A stretch of 19,290 bases of DNA, taken from Candidatus Altarchaeum sp. GTDB lineage: Archaea; Altiarchaeota; Altiarchaeia; Altiarchaeales; Altiarchaeaceae. Under the pieces are notes generated by a model. It was not told the origin of the DNA. It saw only the letters and a program-made list of their open reading frames with translations, and searched no databases. The position numbers and the translations under genes are program-made. Shown here one piece after another: positions 7,163 to 17,326 of this stretch (within the stretch, counting starts at the first letter, position 1; every line of letters starts with the position of its first letter). Where the stretch lies: assembly GCA_018260615.1 (NCBI GenBank), contig JAGWDQ010000079.1:1-19290 (forward strand), read 5' to 3'.

Positions 7163-7521
7163 AAAGATTTCTAAATCACCTCGCTGTCACCTCACTTACG
7201 CTCACTTCGTTCGTGTATTTTAAATACTCTTCGTATTTAAAATCGTTCGGAGATTTAAAATTTCTATGAGAAATTTAAAATCGTTCGGAGATTTAAAAAT
7301 TTGTGAAATTTTTAAATAACCTCGCTGTCGCAAAAATCTACAAGATTTTTGGGATATTCAAAAATTACCTCGCTGTCGCTCGGAGATTTTCAAATCTCTA
7401 CGATTTGAAAATGCTTGAAGCATTTTTGATATTGCTCGGATATTTCAAAATCCTTTGAAGATTTCTAAATCACCTCGCTCTTGCTCGGACATTTCAAAAT
7501 CTTTGAGATTTTTAAATAACC
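7163..7521. repeat. Array of short palindromes interleaved with a CCTCGCTGTCGCTCGG-type motif (REP/BIME-like)
   Basis: Perfect stems at 7217-7243, 7258-7276, 7291-7317, 7331-7351, 7386-7412, 7408-7426 and 7496-7512. CCTCGCTGTC occurs at 7179, 7320 and 7368, with a variant at 7473. Exact 26-bp repeat at 7235-7260 and 7273-7298. Confidence 0.85.
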
Positions 7522-7546
7522 CCATAATTCTATCCCATTATTTAAA

Positions 7547-8389
7547 ATGGGGGATAAATTTTTATTTGCCAATTCGGAAAAAGAAGACGCAGATGTATGT
7601 ATATTCGGAATGCCGTTTGATTCAACAACCAGTTTTAAACCCGGAACACGACTTGGGCCAAGAGCAATAAGAGACGCATCGTACAATCTGGAATTTTACA
7701 GCATGGCACTTGAAAGAAACATCAGGGATATTAAAATTTTTGATGCTGGAGATACTGGCTTTTATACAAATCCGCAGCACGCCATCTCCGAAATTTCCGA
7801 ACAGACAAGAGAGTTATTAAAATCGGATAAATTTATAGTCGGACTTGGCGGAGAGCATACTGTAAGTTATGGAATTGCACATGCAATGAAAGAAATTTAC
7901 AAAGATGTTGCAGTAATACAGTTTGATGCTCATGCCGATTTAAGAACTGTCTATGATTTTGAAAAATTTTCCCACGCGTGCGTTATGAATTTAATCGGAA
8001 ATGATATTGGCTTTGAAAATATATACCAGTTCGGGATAAGGTCAGGGGAAGAAGAAGAACTGAAATTTGCAGAAAAGACAAATTTTTTTCCGCTTCATAA
8101 ATACGACACGGCCCAGATTTTAGAAATTTTAGACGAATTGAACATAGACAAAAAGGTTTATCTGACGATTGACATAGATGTGCTTGACCCCGCTTATGCA
8201 CCGGGCGTCGGAACACCTGAACCGGGAGGAATAACTTCAAACGAGATGTTTAAAATTTTAAATTCACTGAAAAAATTTGATATTGTTGGCTTTGATGTTG
8301 TTGAGGTAAATCCGATGGTTGATATGAGCGGAATTACAGCAATGCTCGCTGCAAAGATTATCAGAGAAGGTATCTTAAATTTCAGATGA
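7547..8389 (+). CDS. speB: Agmatinase (ureohydrolase family)
   Basis: PFDSTTSFKPGTRLGP, GGEH, DAHAD, SHA, GIRS, DIDVLDP, PGVGTPEPGG, DVVEVNP. Confidence 0.93.
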   Translation: MGDKFLFANSEKEDADVCIFGMPFDSTTSFKPGTRLGPRAIRDASYNLEFYSMALERNIRDIKIFDAGDTGFYTNPQHAISEISEQTRELLKSDKFIVGLGGEHTVSYGIAHAMKEIYKDVAVIQFDAHADLRTVYDFEKFSHACVMNLIGNDIGFENIYQFGIRSGEEEELKFAEKTNFFPLHKYDTAQILEILDELNIDKKVYLTIDIDVLDPAYAPGVGTPEPGGITSNEMFKILNSLKKFDIVGFDVVEVNPMVDMSGITAMLAAKIIREGILNFR

Positions 8390-8410
8390 AATAAATTAAA
8401 TTTTTTTAGG

Positions 8411-8707
8411 ATGGAAATTTCCAAATTTCAGAGGCATATAAAGGAAATTTATTTTGACAATGATTCAAAGCGGGGAAAGGAAAAAACATTTATCTGGCTG
8501 ATAGAAGAAATCGGAGAATTAGCAGAAGAAATCAGAAAGAGTGATAAGAAAAACGAAGCAATGGAGGCGGAATTTGCAGATGTGTTTGCATGGTTGTGCT
8601 CGGAGGCAAATTTATACGGGATTGATATTGAAAAGTGTGTAATAAACAAGTATGGAAATGGCTGCCCGAAATGCGGGAAAAATCCGTGTAAATGTAATAT
8701 GGAGTGA
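8411..8707 (+). CDS. MazG-like nucleotide pyrophosphohydrolase, archaeal type with C-terminal CxxC-x4-CxC
   Basis: WLIEEIGELAEEIRK and EAEFADVFAWL match the EExxE...ExxD motif; C-terminus CPKCGKNPCKC. Confidence 0.85.
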   Translation: MEISKFQRHIKEIYFDNDSKRGKEKTFIWLIEEIGELAEEIRKSDKKNEAMEAEFADVFAWLCSEANLYGIDIEKCVINKYGNGCPKCGKNPCKCNME

Positions 8708-8767
8708 AATAAACCAGTCAACGATTAAATTTATATTTTATCGTACAGGAAAGTTCGTTTTATTATC

Positions 8768-8884
8768 CTCACACGGAGACACAAGGACACAAAGGAGAAA
8801 TATACTGAAAATTCTTTGAGAATTTTCAATCTTTAAAAATCTGCTGATTTTTAAATACTCTCTGACTTTGTGGCTTTGTGTGAG
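8768..8884. repeat. 117-bp fold-back element: imperfect outer arms enclosing two perfect 10-bp hairpins
   Basis: Arms CTCACACGGAGACACAAGGACA vs reverse complement CTCACACAAAGCCACAAAGTCA (17/22; 20/22 allowing G-U on the + strand). Inner hairpins at 8806-8828 and 8832-8855. Confidence 0.75.
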
Positions 8885-8890
8885 CATTTT

Positions 8891-8916
8891 TTAAAAAGCA
8901 CCAACTCTATTGTAAA
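8891..8916. repeat. Solo copy of the MITE end found at 18788-18813
   Basis: TTAAAAAGCACCAACTCTATTGTAAA vs TTAAAAAGCAACAACTCTATTATAAA, 24/26 identical. Confidence 0.75.
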
Positions 8917-8998
8917 CAAATTAAAATTTAATTCGCAACTACGCCAATGTAATAAAGTTATTATTTTCAATTACTTTTCTGACTTTCTTATTATCTTC

Positions 8999-9097
8999 TT
9001 ATATCCCAAATGCGACCATTAAAAACCACATTACAAGTATTACCCACACAACAGTTATAACTCCTCCAACTGTAAGAGATACAAGGTCCTCATCCAT
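8999..9097 (-). CDS. Unannotated 32-aa single-pass membrane protein MDEDLVSLTVGGVITVVWVILVMWFLMVAFGI
   Basis: Hand-translated. ATG at 9097 preceded by AAA, as in rpoA', rpoB and carB; TAA at 8999-9001. Acidic N-terminus followed by an uncharged hydrophobic stretch of about 28 aa; co-oriented 81 nt after nusA. Confidence 0.6.
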   Translation of the reverse strand: MDEDLVSLTVGGVITVVWVILVMWFLMVAFGI

Positions 9098-9178
9098 TTT
9101 AAGATAAATTTATTGTTTGTTAAATTTATGTTTTTTATGTTTGTTAAATTTTAAATATTCAGGCATAAGCGAACTTAT

Positions 9179-9745
9179 TTATCTGTTAAATTTCCTGTCA
9201 TCTCGGTCTTTTCTGTCTCTCCTGTCAAACGATCGTTCTTTTCTGAAACTGTCATCTCTTTTGACATTGTCCGGGCGAAATGAAACATCTCTACGCTGAT
9301 GAGGCATCCCGGACATATCCGCTTTTATAATAATGTCCGCTATGTCAAACATTCTCCTGGCAAACAACTTTGCTATTGCAATCTTTTTATTGCTCTCGCC
9401 TACTGCTTTTCTATAGTCCTCTTTGGATATATCTGCGGAAGCAATTTTTCCTTTTGTCGTATCTGAAATTCGGACACTCCTGACATAAGCAGGATGTAAT
9501 GCGTACATTATAAATTTTTGCATATCCTGAGAATGCTGCATTAAAAATACCTGCTTTCCCAATTTATCCCTGACTTTATTGATGCTCTCACCATTCTTGC
9601 CAATTGCCATTCCCATATCTTTTTCATCAACTAAAAATCCTACCGCATCATCAATGCTGACGCAATCCATGGCGGACACACCTGTAAGTATTTCAAACAA
9701 AGTCATGTTCTTTATTTCGTCCGCGCCCCACTTTATAGTGCTCAC
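9179..9745 (-). CDS. nusA: Archaeal transcription elongation factor NusA with an extra R/D-rich C-terminal tail
   Basis: LFEILTGVSAMDCV, DMGMAIGKNGESI (KH1); conserved position after rpl30e; GTG start overlapping the rpl30e stop (GTGA). Confidence 0.9.
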   Translation of the reverse strand: MSTIKWGADEIKNMTLFEILTGVSAMDCVSIDDAVGFLVDEKDMGMAIGKNGESINKVRDKLGKQVFLMQHSQDMQKFIMYALHPAYVRSVRISDTTKGKIASADISKEDYRKAVGESNKKIAIAKLFARRMFDIADIIIKADMSGMPHQRRDVSFRPDNVKRDDSFRKERSFDRRDRKDRDDRKFNR

Positions 9746-10038
9746 TCTTTTATCTCTAATATATTTGAATCTCCCGGATTAATTATTGTTAATGAAGAAA
9801 TAGGAAACGGCTTTCCGCAATATTCTCCTAATGTCAAACTACTCAAATTAACCGTCGCATAGTCCGTACCCGAAATCTTGCAGTAATATTCTATCCTGTC
9901 TTTATCCTTGCAGTCCTTACTTATAATTATTTTCTTCGGATTGCCCATCAATAATGCGCGCATTGTTTCTTTTAGCCCCGAATATGTTTTTCCCGTTTTA
10001 ACACAAACACTTAATGCTGTTTTCAAGTCCATTTCCAA
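9742..10038 (-). CDS. rpl30e: 50S ribosomal protein L30e (start TTG 10038 or ATG 10032)
   Basis: VKTGKTYSG, SSLTLGEYCGKPFPISSLTIINPGDSNI; conserved position after rpoA''. Confidence 0.92.
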   Translation of the reverse strand: MEMDLKTALSVCVKTGKTYSGLKETMRALLMGNPKKIIISKDCKDKDRIEYYCKISGTDYATVNLSSLTLGEYCGKPFPISSLTIINPGDSNILEIKE

Positions 10039-10113
10039 ATAGTCAGTATTTTTATTTATTATATATTAATTATGACTTTAATAAATTAAATTTAAAGTAA
10101 ATAAATATAAAAT

Positions 10114-11196
<1,083 letters not shown>

Positions 11197-11231
11197 TTAC
11201 AATTATTCTAAAATTTATAAATTTTAAATTT

Positions 11232-13751
11232 TTATGAAAACCATTCAAATTTTTCTTCCTGTTTTTTATACACTAATGTTTTTCGTGAAGGATATATCCC
11301 GTCTTCACCATACAAAAACTGGATAATATTTCCTCCGCTGTCCCGCACAGCTCTGTTTTCATCAACCTTAAGGTCAAGTAAAGAGTTTATAAGTCGTCTT
11401 TGCAGATATCCGCTTCTTCCTGTCCTGATTGCCGTATCAACTAATGTTTCCCTGCCACCCATTGCATGGAAAAAATATTCTGTCGGAGTTATTCCATCCT
11501 TAAATGACGACCTGACGAAACCGCATGCCGAAGGTGAAAAGTCATTTCGTTTAAATGGGGATAATGTTCTGTCTATATAGCCCCTTTTTATTCTTTTTCC
11601 TCTTACTGCCTGTTGTCCGACTGTTGCCGACATTTGTGTGACATTAAGCATACTGCCTCTTGCACCCGTCTTTGCCATGATTATCGGAACATTATCAACA
11701 AGTGATGATGCCGCAATTTCTCCACATTCATTTCTTGCTTTACCCAGTTCTATCATAATGTAATCTTCCAGGGTGTCTTCCAGCGATTTTCCGACTATTG
11801 GCTTTAGCCCACCTTTCTCCTTTTGGGTTATGTATTCGGCAATTCTTTTTTCTGCATCATCCAGCCGGTTATTTATTTTTACTGTGGCGTCATTAGTTGT
11901 ATCTGTGGCATCAATACCCAAAGTAAATCCGTATATAGCGGTTGCTCTGATTGCCATCTTTGTTGATTTGTTTATAAAATCAGCTGCAGCATCCGGGCCA
12001 TAGTTATTAAATATTTCCTGTACTAATTCTCCCGACATACCTTCTGCATCAATGCTGCCCTCCGTTAATTTTCCGTTTTCTATGAGCACATTCTCTTTAA
12101 ATTTATTCACATAATTGGTCTTTAGATCTTTCGGTAACAATAACGAAAATATATCCTTTCCGGTAAAGTCCGTTTTTTCTTCGGGAAGTTTCAGTATTCC
12201 ACCTGTTATTTGTAGTGCAACTTCTCTTGAAATTTTTTCTTTGTTAGTTAAAATATACATTCCGGAAACATGATCATGTCTCCCTCCGATGATTGGTCCG
12301 CCATATCTTGGCGACATAATATGTTGATTAATTCCCATTAAGACCTCCTCTTCTACAACCGCTTCCTCGCTTTGACATACATGCATATTCATTTCATCTC
12401 CGTCAAAATCAGCATTGTATGGAGCACAAACAGCAGTATTTATCCTGAATGTTCTTCCGTCCATAACCCTGACTTTGTGGCACATCATAGATCCTATATG
12501 GAGTGATGGCTGCCTGTTAAATATTACAATATCTCCGTCCATCAGATGTCTCTCCACAACATCCCCTATAGTTAATGTTTCTGCTATATCTTCTTTATTA
12601 TTATCAAGGATTCTCTTGTTTTTTCCGTCTTTTGTAACAATTCTGGACGCACCCGGATAATTACTTCCGTTTAATATATATTTTCTTAATCGTTCAATAT
12701 TATAGTCCGTTACTCTTTCGGGAACAGACATGTCCTTTGCAATAAGCTTTGGAACACCTAGTTCATTAATATCTATGTTCGGGTCCGGACTTATTACTGT
12801 TCTTGCCGAAAAATTTACTCTCTTTCCTGAAAGATTATTCCGGAATCTTCCTTCTTTTCCCTTTAATCGCTGGCAGATTGTTTTTAAAGGCCTTCCGCTT
12901 CTGTGTCTTGCAGGTGGTACTCCTCCTAATTCATTATCAAAATATGTGGCCACATGGTATTGTAATAAACTCCATAAGTCCTCAATTATAATTTGCGGTG
13001 CCCCGGAATCAATTGTTGCTTTTATTCTTTCATTTATTCTTAATATATCTACTAATTTGTGCGTCAAATCATCTTCGCTCCTTGTAGATGATTCTAATGT
13101 TATAGAGGGTCTTGAAATTATTGAAAGAACCGGAAGAACCCTTAAAATCATGTTTTCCGGTCTGACATTTATCCTTAAATATTTCAGGTCATCATCCCTG
13201 ACCTTCTTAAGCCACTCTTCAATATCAGTTATTAATATGGAATATTCCTCATCTTTTCCTATTACCTGATAATAAGAATAGGGTTTTACAAATTTTATTT
13301 TCATTGGCTCTGCCCCGCAATGTGTACATGGCCCGTCATCTCTCTTTCTTGCATCTTTTTCTGTTTTTGTACATTCCTCTTCATCACCCCTGTTAAGAGC
13401 ATCCTTAAATTTTTTCCTTTCGTCATCCGTAAATTTTAAGCCCCCACATTTTCTGCAACTCAACTCTAAAATTCTAAATATTTCCTTTGCATAGCCAACA
13501 TGAACAACGGGCCTTATAAGTTCAATATGTCCGATGTGCCCGAGACACTCATTCATCCTGCCCCCGCATGTCTTGCATTTTATTCCCGGATCAATAACTC
13601 CCAGACGAGGATCCATCAGGCCCCCTGCCACGGGGTATCCGTCATCGGCATAAGTTGTCGGGTCTTTTATTTCCGCAACAGATAATTTTCTTATAAGGTT
13701 TTCCGATGCCAGTTCAAATTGTATTGACTCAATCTTTTTTTGGAGAGACAT
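11232..13751 (-). CDS. rpoA1: DNA-directed RNA polymerase subunit A' (Rpo1N)
   Basis: Catalytic NADFDGD; CKTC...CLGHIGH zinc site; GKEGRFRNNLSGKRVNFSARTVISPD; FNRQPSLH; bridge helix FFHAMGGRE...SGYLQRRL. Confidence 0.98.
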   Translation of the reverse strand: MSLQKKIESIQFELASENLIRKLSVAEIKDPTTYADDGYPVAGGLMDPRLGVIDPGIKCKTCGGRMNECLGHIGHIELIRPVVHVGYAKEIFRILELSCRKCGGLKFTDDERKKFKDALNRGDEEECTKTEKDARKRDDGPCTHCGAEPMKIKFVKPYSYYQVIGKDEEYSILITDIEEWLKKVRDDDLKYLRINVRPENMILRVLPVLSIISRPSITLESSTRSEDDLTHKLVDILRINERIKATIDSGAPQIIIEDLWSLLQYHVATYFDNELGGVPPARHRSGRPLKTICQRLKGKEGRFRNNLSGKRVNFSARTVISPDPNIDINELGVPKLIAKDMSVPERVTDYNIERLRKYILNGSNYPGASRIVTKDGKNKRILDNNKEDIAETLTIGDVVERHLMDGDIVIFNRQPSLHIGSMMCHKVRVMDGRTFRINTAVCAPYNADFDGDEMNMHVCQSEEAVVEEEVLMGINQHIMSPRYGGPIIGGRHDHVSGMYILTNKEKISREVALQITGGILKLPEEKTDFTGKDIFSLLLPKDLKTNYVNKFKENVLIENGKLTEGSIDAEGMSGELVQEIFNNYGPDAAADFINKSTKMAIRATAIYGFTLGIDATDTTNDATVKINNRLDDAEKRIAEYITQKEKGGLKPIVGKSLEDTLEDYIMIELGKARNECGEIAASSLVDNVPIIMAKTGARGSMLNVTQMSATVGQQAVRGKRIKRGYIDRTLSPFKRNDFSPSACGFVRSSFKDGITPTEYFFHAMGGRETLVDTAIRTGRSGYLQRRLINSLLDLKVDENRAVRDSGGNIIQFLYGEDGIYPSRKTLVYKKQEEKFEWFS

Positions 13752-13960
13752 TTTTAATGTTATTGAATTTTTAAATTTTAATAAATTTATTTGTTATTGA
13801 TTTGTTAGTAAAAAATTTTCTTCACCGGTTTGCTTTTTCTTTTCCTGAATGCTTTTCTTTTTTAAAGAAAAGGTTCTTGTGAGAGACATTTTATTTGGTG
13901 TTTATTTGATATTGATATTTGCTAAATTTATTTATTATTAATTTGTTAGTAAAAAATTTT
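13743..13960. repeat. Tandemly duplicated rpoA' leader and start (about 77-80-bp unit at 13743-13819 and 13881-13960)
   Basis: GAGAGACATTTT at 13743 and 13881. A 38-mer at 13782-13819 matches 13923-13960 at 36/38 positions. Confidence 0.8.
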
Positions 13961-13964
13961 GTTG

Positions 13965-16900
13965 TTAAATTTTATCTTTCAGTTTAAATTTTGTAACTAT
14001 TCCTATGCCTAATAGTTCTGAAATTAAAAGTTTAAATGCGTAGGCAATCTCTATTTCATAGACCTGAGAGTCCCCACAAACAGGACAGGTAAATTTATTT
14101 CTTTCATAATCATGAACCGCCATCACACCACATTTTGAACAAAGAGGGATTTTAACCTTATCGGACTCATCAAGCAACCTGTCTTTTAATACCGCAGATG
14201 CACCGTGTCCAATCAAACAATCTCTCTCCATCTCTCCGAATCTTAAACCACCGTGCTTTGCCCTGCCTTCCGTTGGTTGTCTCGTAAGCATCTGAACCGG
14301 TCCTTTTGCCCGGGTGTGAATTTTATTTGCAACCATGTGATGAAGCCGCTGATAATAAATAACACCGATAAAAATTTCCGCCTCTATTTTTTCTCCTGTT
14401 CTTCCATCATATAAAATTTGCTTCCCGTTGTTCTTAAATCCAAAATTTTCAAGGACTTTTCTTAAATCAGATTCTTTTTCATTTTCAAACGCTGTCCCGT
14501 CAATAAATCTCCCGTCCAGGCATCCTGCTGTACCTCCGAGCATTTCAATAAGATGCCCGACTGTTGTTCTTGAAGGTATGGCATGAGGATTCATAATAAG
14601 GTCGGGAACAATTCCTTCATTAGTAAATGGCATATCTTCTTGTCTTACGGTCATTCCGATAACTCCTTTTTGTCCGTATCTTGATGCCAGTTTATCTCCG
14701 ATTTCAGGTATTCTCGGGCTTCTCGTTTTAATTTTTATCATTGTGTTTCCTTCGTCTGTTTCCGTAAGAACGACACTCTCAATCCACCCGCTTTCCATTT
14801 CATTTGCAGTTACCGAGGCATCTCTTCTCCTCTCGGCAATTCTTCCGAACATACTTATTTCCTCCAAAAATCTCGGGGGCGCGGTTTTTCCTACAAGTAC
14901 ATCTTCACTGTTAAATTCTGTCTCGGGAAGTATTATTCCGTCATTACTTAAATTTTTATACGCGTCTGCCGGCAGGTGCCCTTCAACATCTTCTTTTGGA
15001 ATCTCAAACCTGTCCTGCTGGGCACCGTGATAATGAACTTCTTCCGCAGTATAAGTTCTGTAAAAAGTTGATCTGCCTAATCCCCTTTCAAGGGAACTTT
15101 GATTAATTACTATTGCATCTTCCATATTATATCCATCATAAGATAAAAGTGCTACGACAAAATTTTGTCCTGCGGGCATTTTATCAAAATGAAATATTTC
15201 CGAAACATCTGTTCTGACTACCGGTCTTTGCGGATAATCCATAACATGCATTAAACTATCAAGACGGGATGGAAAAGATGTTGTCGGGATTCCTACTGCC
15301 TGTTTTGCCATTGCCGATGCCATTTCCACTCTTGGTGCGGAATTATAATTTGCGAATGGAATATATCCCTCGGCAATACTTGTTAATATAGAAGGTGTAA
15401 TCTCTGCATGGGTGTGTTCGGTTGTTATCTTGTCACGAGTAATTGCAATGTACGCCTCTTCTTCCTCAGCGGCATCAACATACTCAACAATACCTTTCTT
15501 CACTAAAACCTCAAACTTCAGCCCCTTATTCTTTACATCTTCAATCAGACCATCTCCTTTTTTATTTAAATTTTTCACTACTATTAATGGCCGCAATATT
15601 CTTCCGGCACCGGAATAAACCTGGACTTCATTATTTCTTTCTTCGTAAGCAATAGATACATCATAGTCAATCTTTCCGTTTCTTCTTTCCTCTCTTAAGT
15701 CCTCAACAAGTTTTTTTGGTTCCGGATGACTGCCAATAAGTACCCCGTTAACATATACATCAGTACTGTATGCGCTTTGAGAACATATTTTTTCTAATTT
15801 TTCTCTTACATAAGAATCGTCTCTTTCTTTGCTTATAATTGCTCCCACAGTTAAATTTTTAACTAATCCGCAGTTTTTTCCTTCCGGTGTTTCGTTAGCA
15901 GAAACCCTTCCCCATTGTGTGGCATGAACATCTCTTGCTTCAAAATGAGGTCGTGTTTTTTCCAGTAAAAGAGATATTCTTCTTCTGTGTGAAATTGATG
16001 AAAGAAATGTTGTTCTGTCAAGAACCTGACTTATTCCGCTTCTTCCTCCGGTCCAGTTACCTGTTGCCAGTGCAAATTCTATTCGTTCATCCATTGTCCT
16101 GCTGCGAACAGCGTTGCTTACGGTTACATCCCTCTTTCGTGTATGCTGTTTTTCAAGCTGGTATTTTATGTCCTTAAGAAGCATGCTAAAACTTACCCTG
16201 AACAATTCCTGAAGCAAATCACCTGCAAGCCGAACCCTTTTGTTTTGATAATGATCCTTGTCGTCTTCATTTCTCTTTCCCTGTAATAATCTTATTGCTT
16301 TCTTTGCCATAATTGCCAAAAATCTTGCTTTTGCATTTCTTACATTCTTATTGTTTCCTATATGCGGCAACAGATAATTGTCTATTGTCTGTTCTGTTCG
16401 CAGTTCCTGATATTCTTCGGCATGCCCGAAACTAATCTTCTTGCATAATTTTTTAAAGGCCTCATCGGATGACTCTTCCGTTAATGTTGGCACTATTTCT
16501 GCACGGGTGTCTTCGTCAAACAATTCCATAATTTCGCTATTTGTCAGACCCAGCGCCTTGGATAAAAATCCGAATGGCACATTTGTTGCACCGGGAAATG
16601 AAACATTAATGGACGGAGAATTTTCTATTTTTTCCACAGTCGTTCTTGATCTGAAACCATGTCTTATTGACGAAACCTTTGCCATTGCAGTATTCTTTCC
16701 TAAATTATCCTCAAAAGTAACTATTATTTTATTTGGCGCTACATCTTCAACTCCGATAAGCACTCTTTCGGTTCCATTTACAATAAAATATCCGCCCGGA
16801 TCTTCCTGGTCCTCTCCGTTTGCGATTAATTCATCATCAGACAATCCGTTTAACAAACATATCTTTGATTTTAACATAATAGGAAGATGCCCTATAAACA

Positions 16901-17231
16901 GGTCTACCTCCCGGCTTTCATCTTTTTCATTACCTTCTTTGTCCTTCTTTTTATGTGTTTCTTCAACTGTTAATATCATCCTTGCGTGATATGTGATGTT
17001 TTTAATTCTATACTCCGATACATGTCTGTCTTTTAATCCCCCCTCGGTTTCTTCATTCAAAGGGATTACTTTGATTTTTTTCAGGGTTATAGTATAGTCC
17101 TCAATATTCACAGGCAAAATTTTTCTTTCGTCAATTACCTGTTGAAGTCCTTCGGATATTAACCAGTCATAAGAATCAATCTGGTACTTCATTATTGCAT
17201 CCTTATCAAGAAAATCCGTCATCCGTAACAT
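13965..17231 (-). CDS. rpoB: DNA-directed RNA polymerase subunit B (Rpo2, unsplit)
   Basis: GGYFIVNGTERV, ETPEGKNCGLVKNL, GYNMEDA, GDKLASRYGQKG, PDLIMNPHAIPSR, RQPTEGRAKHGGLRFGEMERD; C-terminal CxxC/CxxC zinc ribbon. Confidence 0.98.
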   Translation of the reverse strand: MLRMTDFLDKDAIMKYQIDSYDWLISEGLQQVIDERKILPVNIEDYTITLKKIKVIPLNEETEGGLKDRHVSEYRIKNITYHARMILTVEETHKKKDKEGNEKDESREVDLFIGHLPIMLKSKICLLNGLSDDELIANGEDQEDPGGYFIVNGTERVLIGVEDVAPNKIIVTFEDNLGKNTAMAKVSSIRHGFRSRTTVEKIENSPSINVSFPGATNVPFGFLSKALGLTNSEIMELFDEDTRAEIVPTLTEESSDEAFKKLCKKISFGHAEEYQELRTEQTIDNYLLPHIGNNKNVRNAKARFLAIMAKKAIRLLQGKRNEDDKDHYQNKRVRLAGDLLQELFRVSFSMLLKDIKYQLEKQHTRKRDVTVSNAVRSRTMDERIEFALATGNWTGGRSGISQVLDRTTFLSSISHRRRISLLLEKTRPHFEARDVHATQWGRVSANETPEGKNCGLVKNLTVGAIISKERDDSYVREKLEKICSQSAYSTDVYVNGVLIGSHPEPKKLVEDLREERRNGKIDYDVSIAYEERNNEVQVYSGAGRILRPLIVVKNLNKKGDGLIEDVKNKGLKFEVLVKKGIVEYVDAAEEEEAYIAITRDKITTEHTHAEITPSILTSIAEGYIPFANYNSAPRVEMASAMAKQAVGIPTTSFPSRLDSLMHVMDYPQRPVVRTDVSEIFHFDKMPAGQNFVVALLSYDGYNMEDAIVINQSSLERGLGRSTFYRTYTAEEVHYHGAQQDRFEIPKEDVEGHLPADAYKNLSNDGIILPETEFNSEDVLVGKTAPPRFLEEISMFGRIAERRRDASVTANEMESGWIESVVLTETDEGNTMIKIKTRSPRIPEIGDKLASRYGQKGVIGMTVRQEDMPFTNEGIVPDLIMNPHAIPSRTTVGHLIEMLGGTAGCLDGRFIDGTAFENEKESDLRKVLENFGFKNNGKQILYDGRTGEKIEAEIFIGVIYYQRLHHMVANKIHTRAKGPVQMLTRQPTEGRAKHGGLRFGEMERDCLIGHGASAVLKDRLLDESDKVKIPLCSKCGVMAVHDYERNKFTCPVCGDSQVYEIEIAYAFKLLISELLGIGIVTKFKLKDKI

Positions 17232-17326
17232 TTTTATTTTGGTTTATTTTTATTTTGTAAAACACTTAAATTTAATTAAAATTTATCTTAAAGCACAATA
17301 AAAAACATAAAAATCAGATTAAATTT

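Noticed and set aside
7163-7521. CRISPR array interpretation of the repeated CCTCGCTGTC units
   Set aside because: Periods are irregular (141, 48 and 105 bp), the would-be spacers are themselves palindromic and mutually similar, and there are no cas genes.
7455-7686. ORFs 7455..7670 (+) and 7465..7686 (-)
   Set aside because: They run through the hairpin array and overlap speB in another frame; typical shadow ORFs.
8411-8707. MazG-like gene as part of the nucleotide-depletion defence system
   Set aside because: It lies outside the 170-bp repeats, is operonic with housekeeping speB, and is the common small archaeal MazG type.
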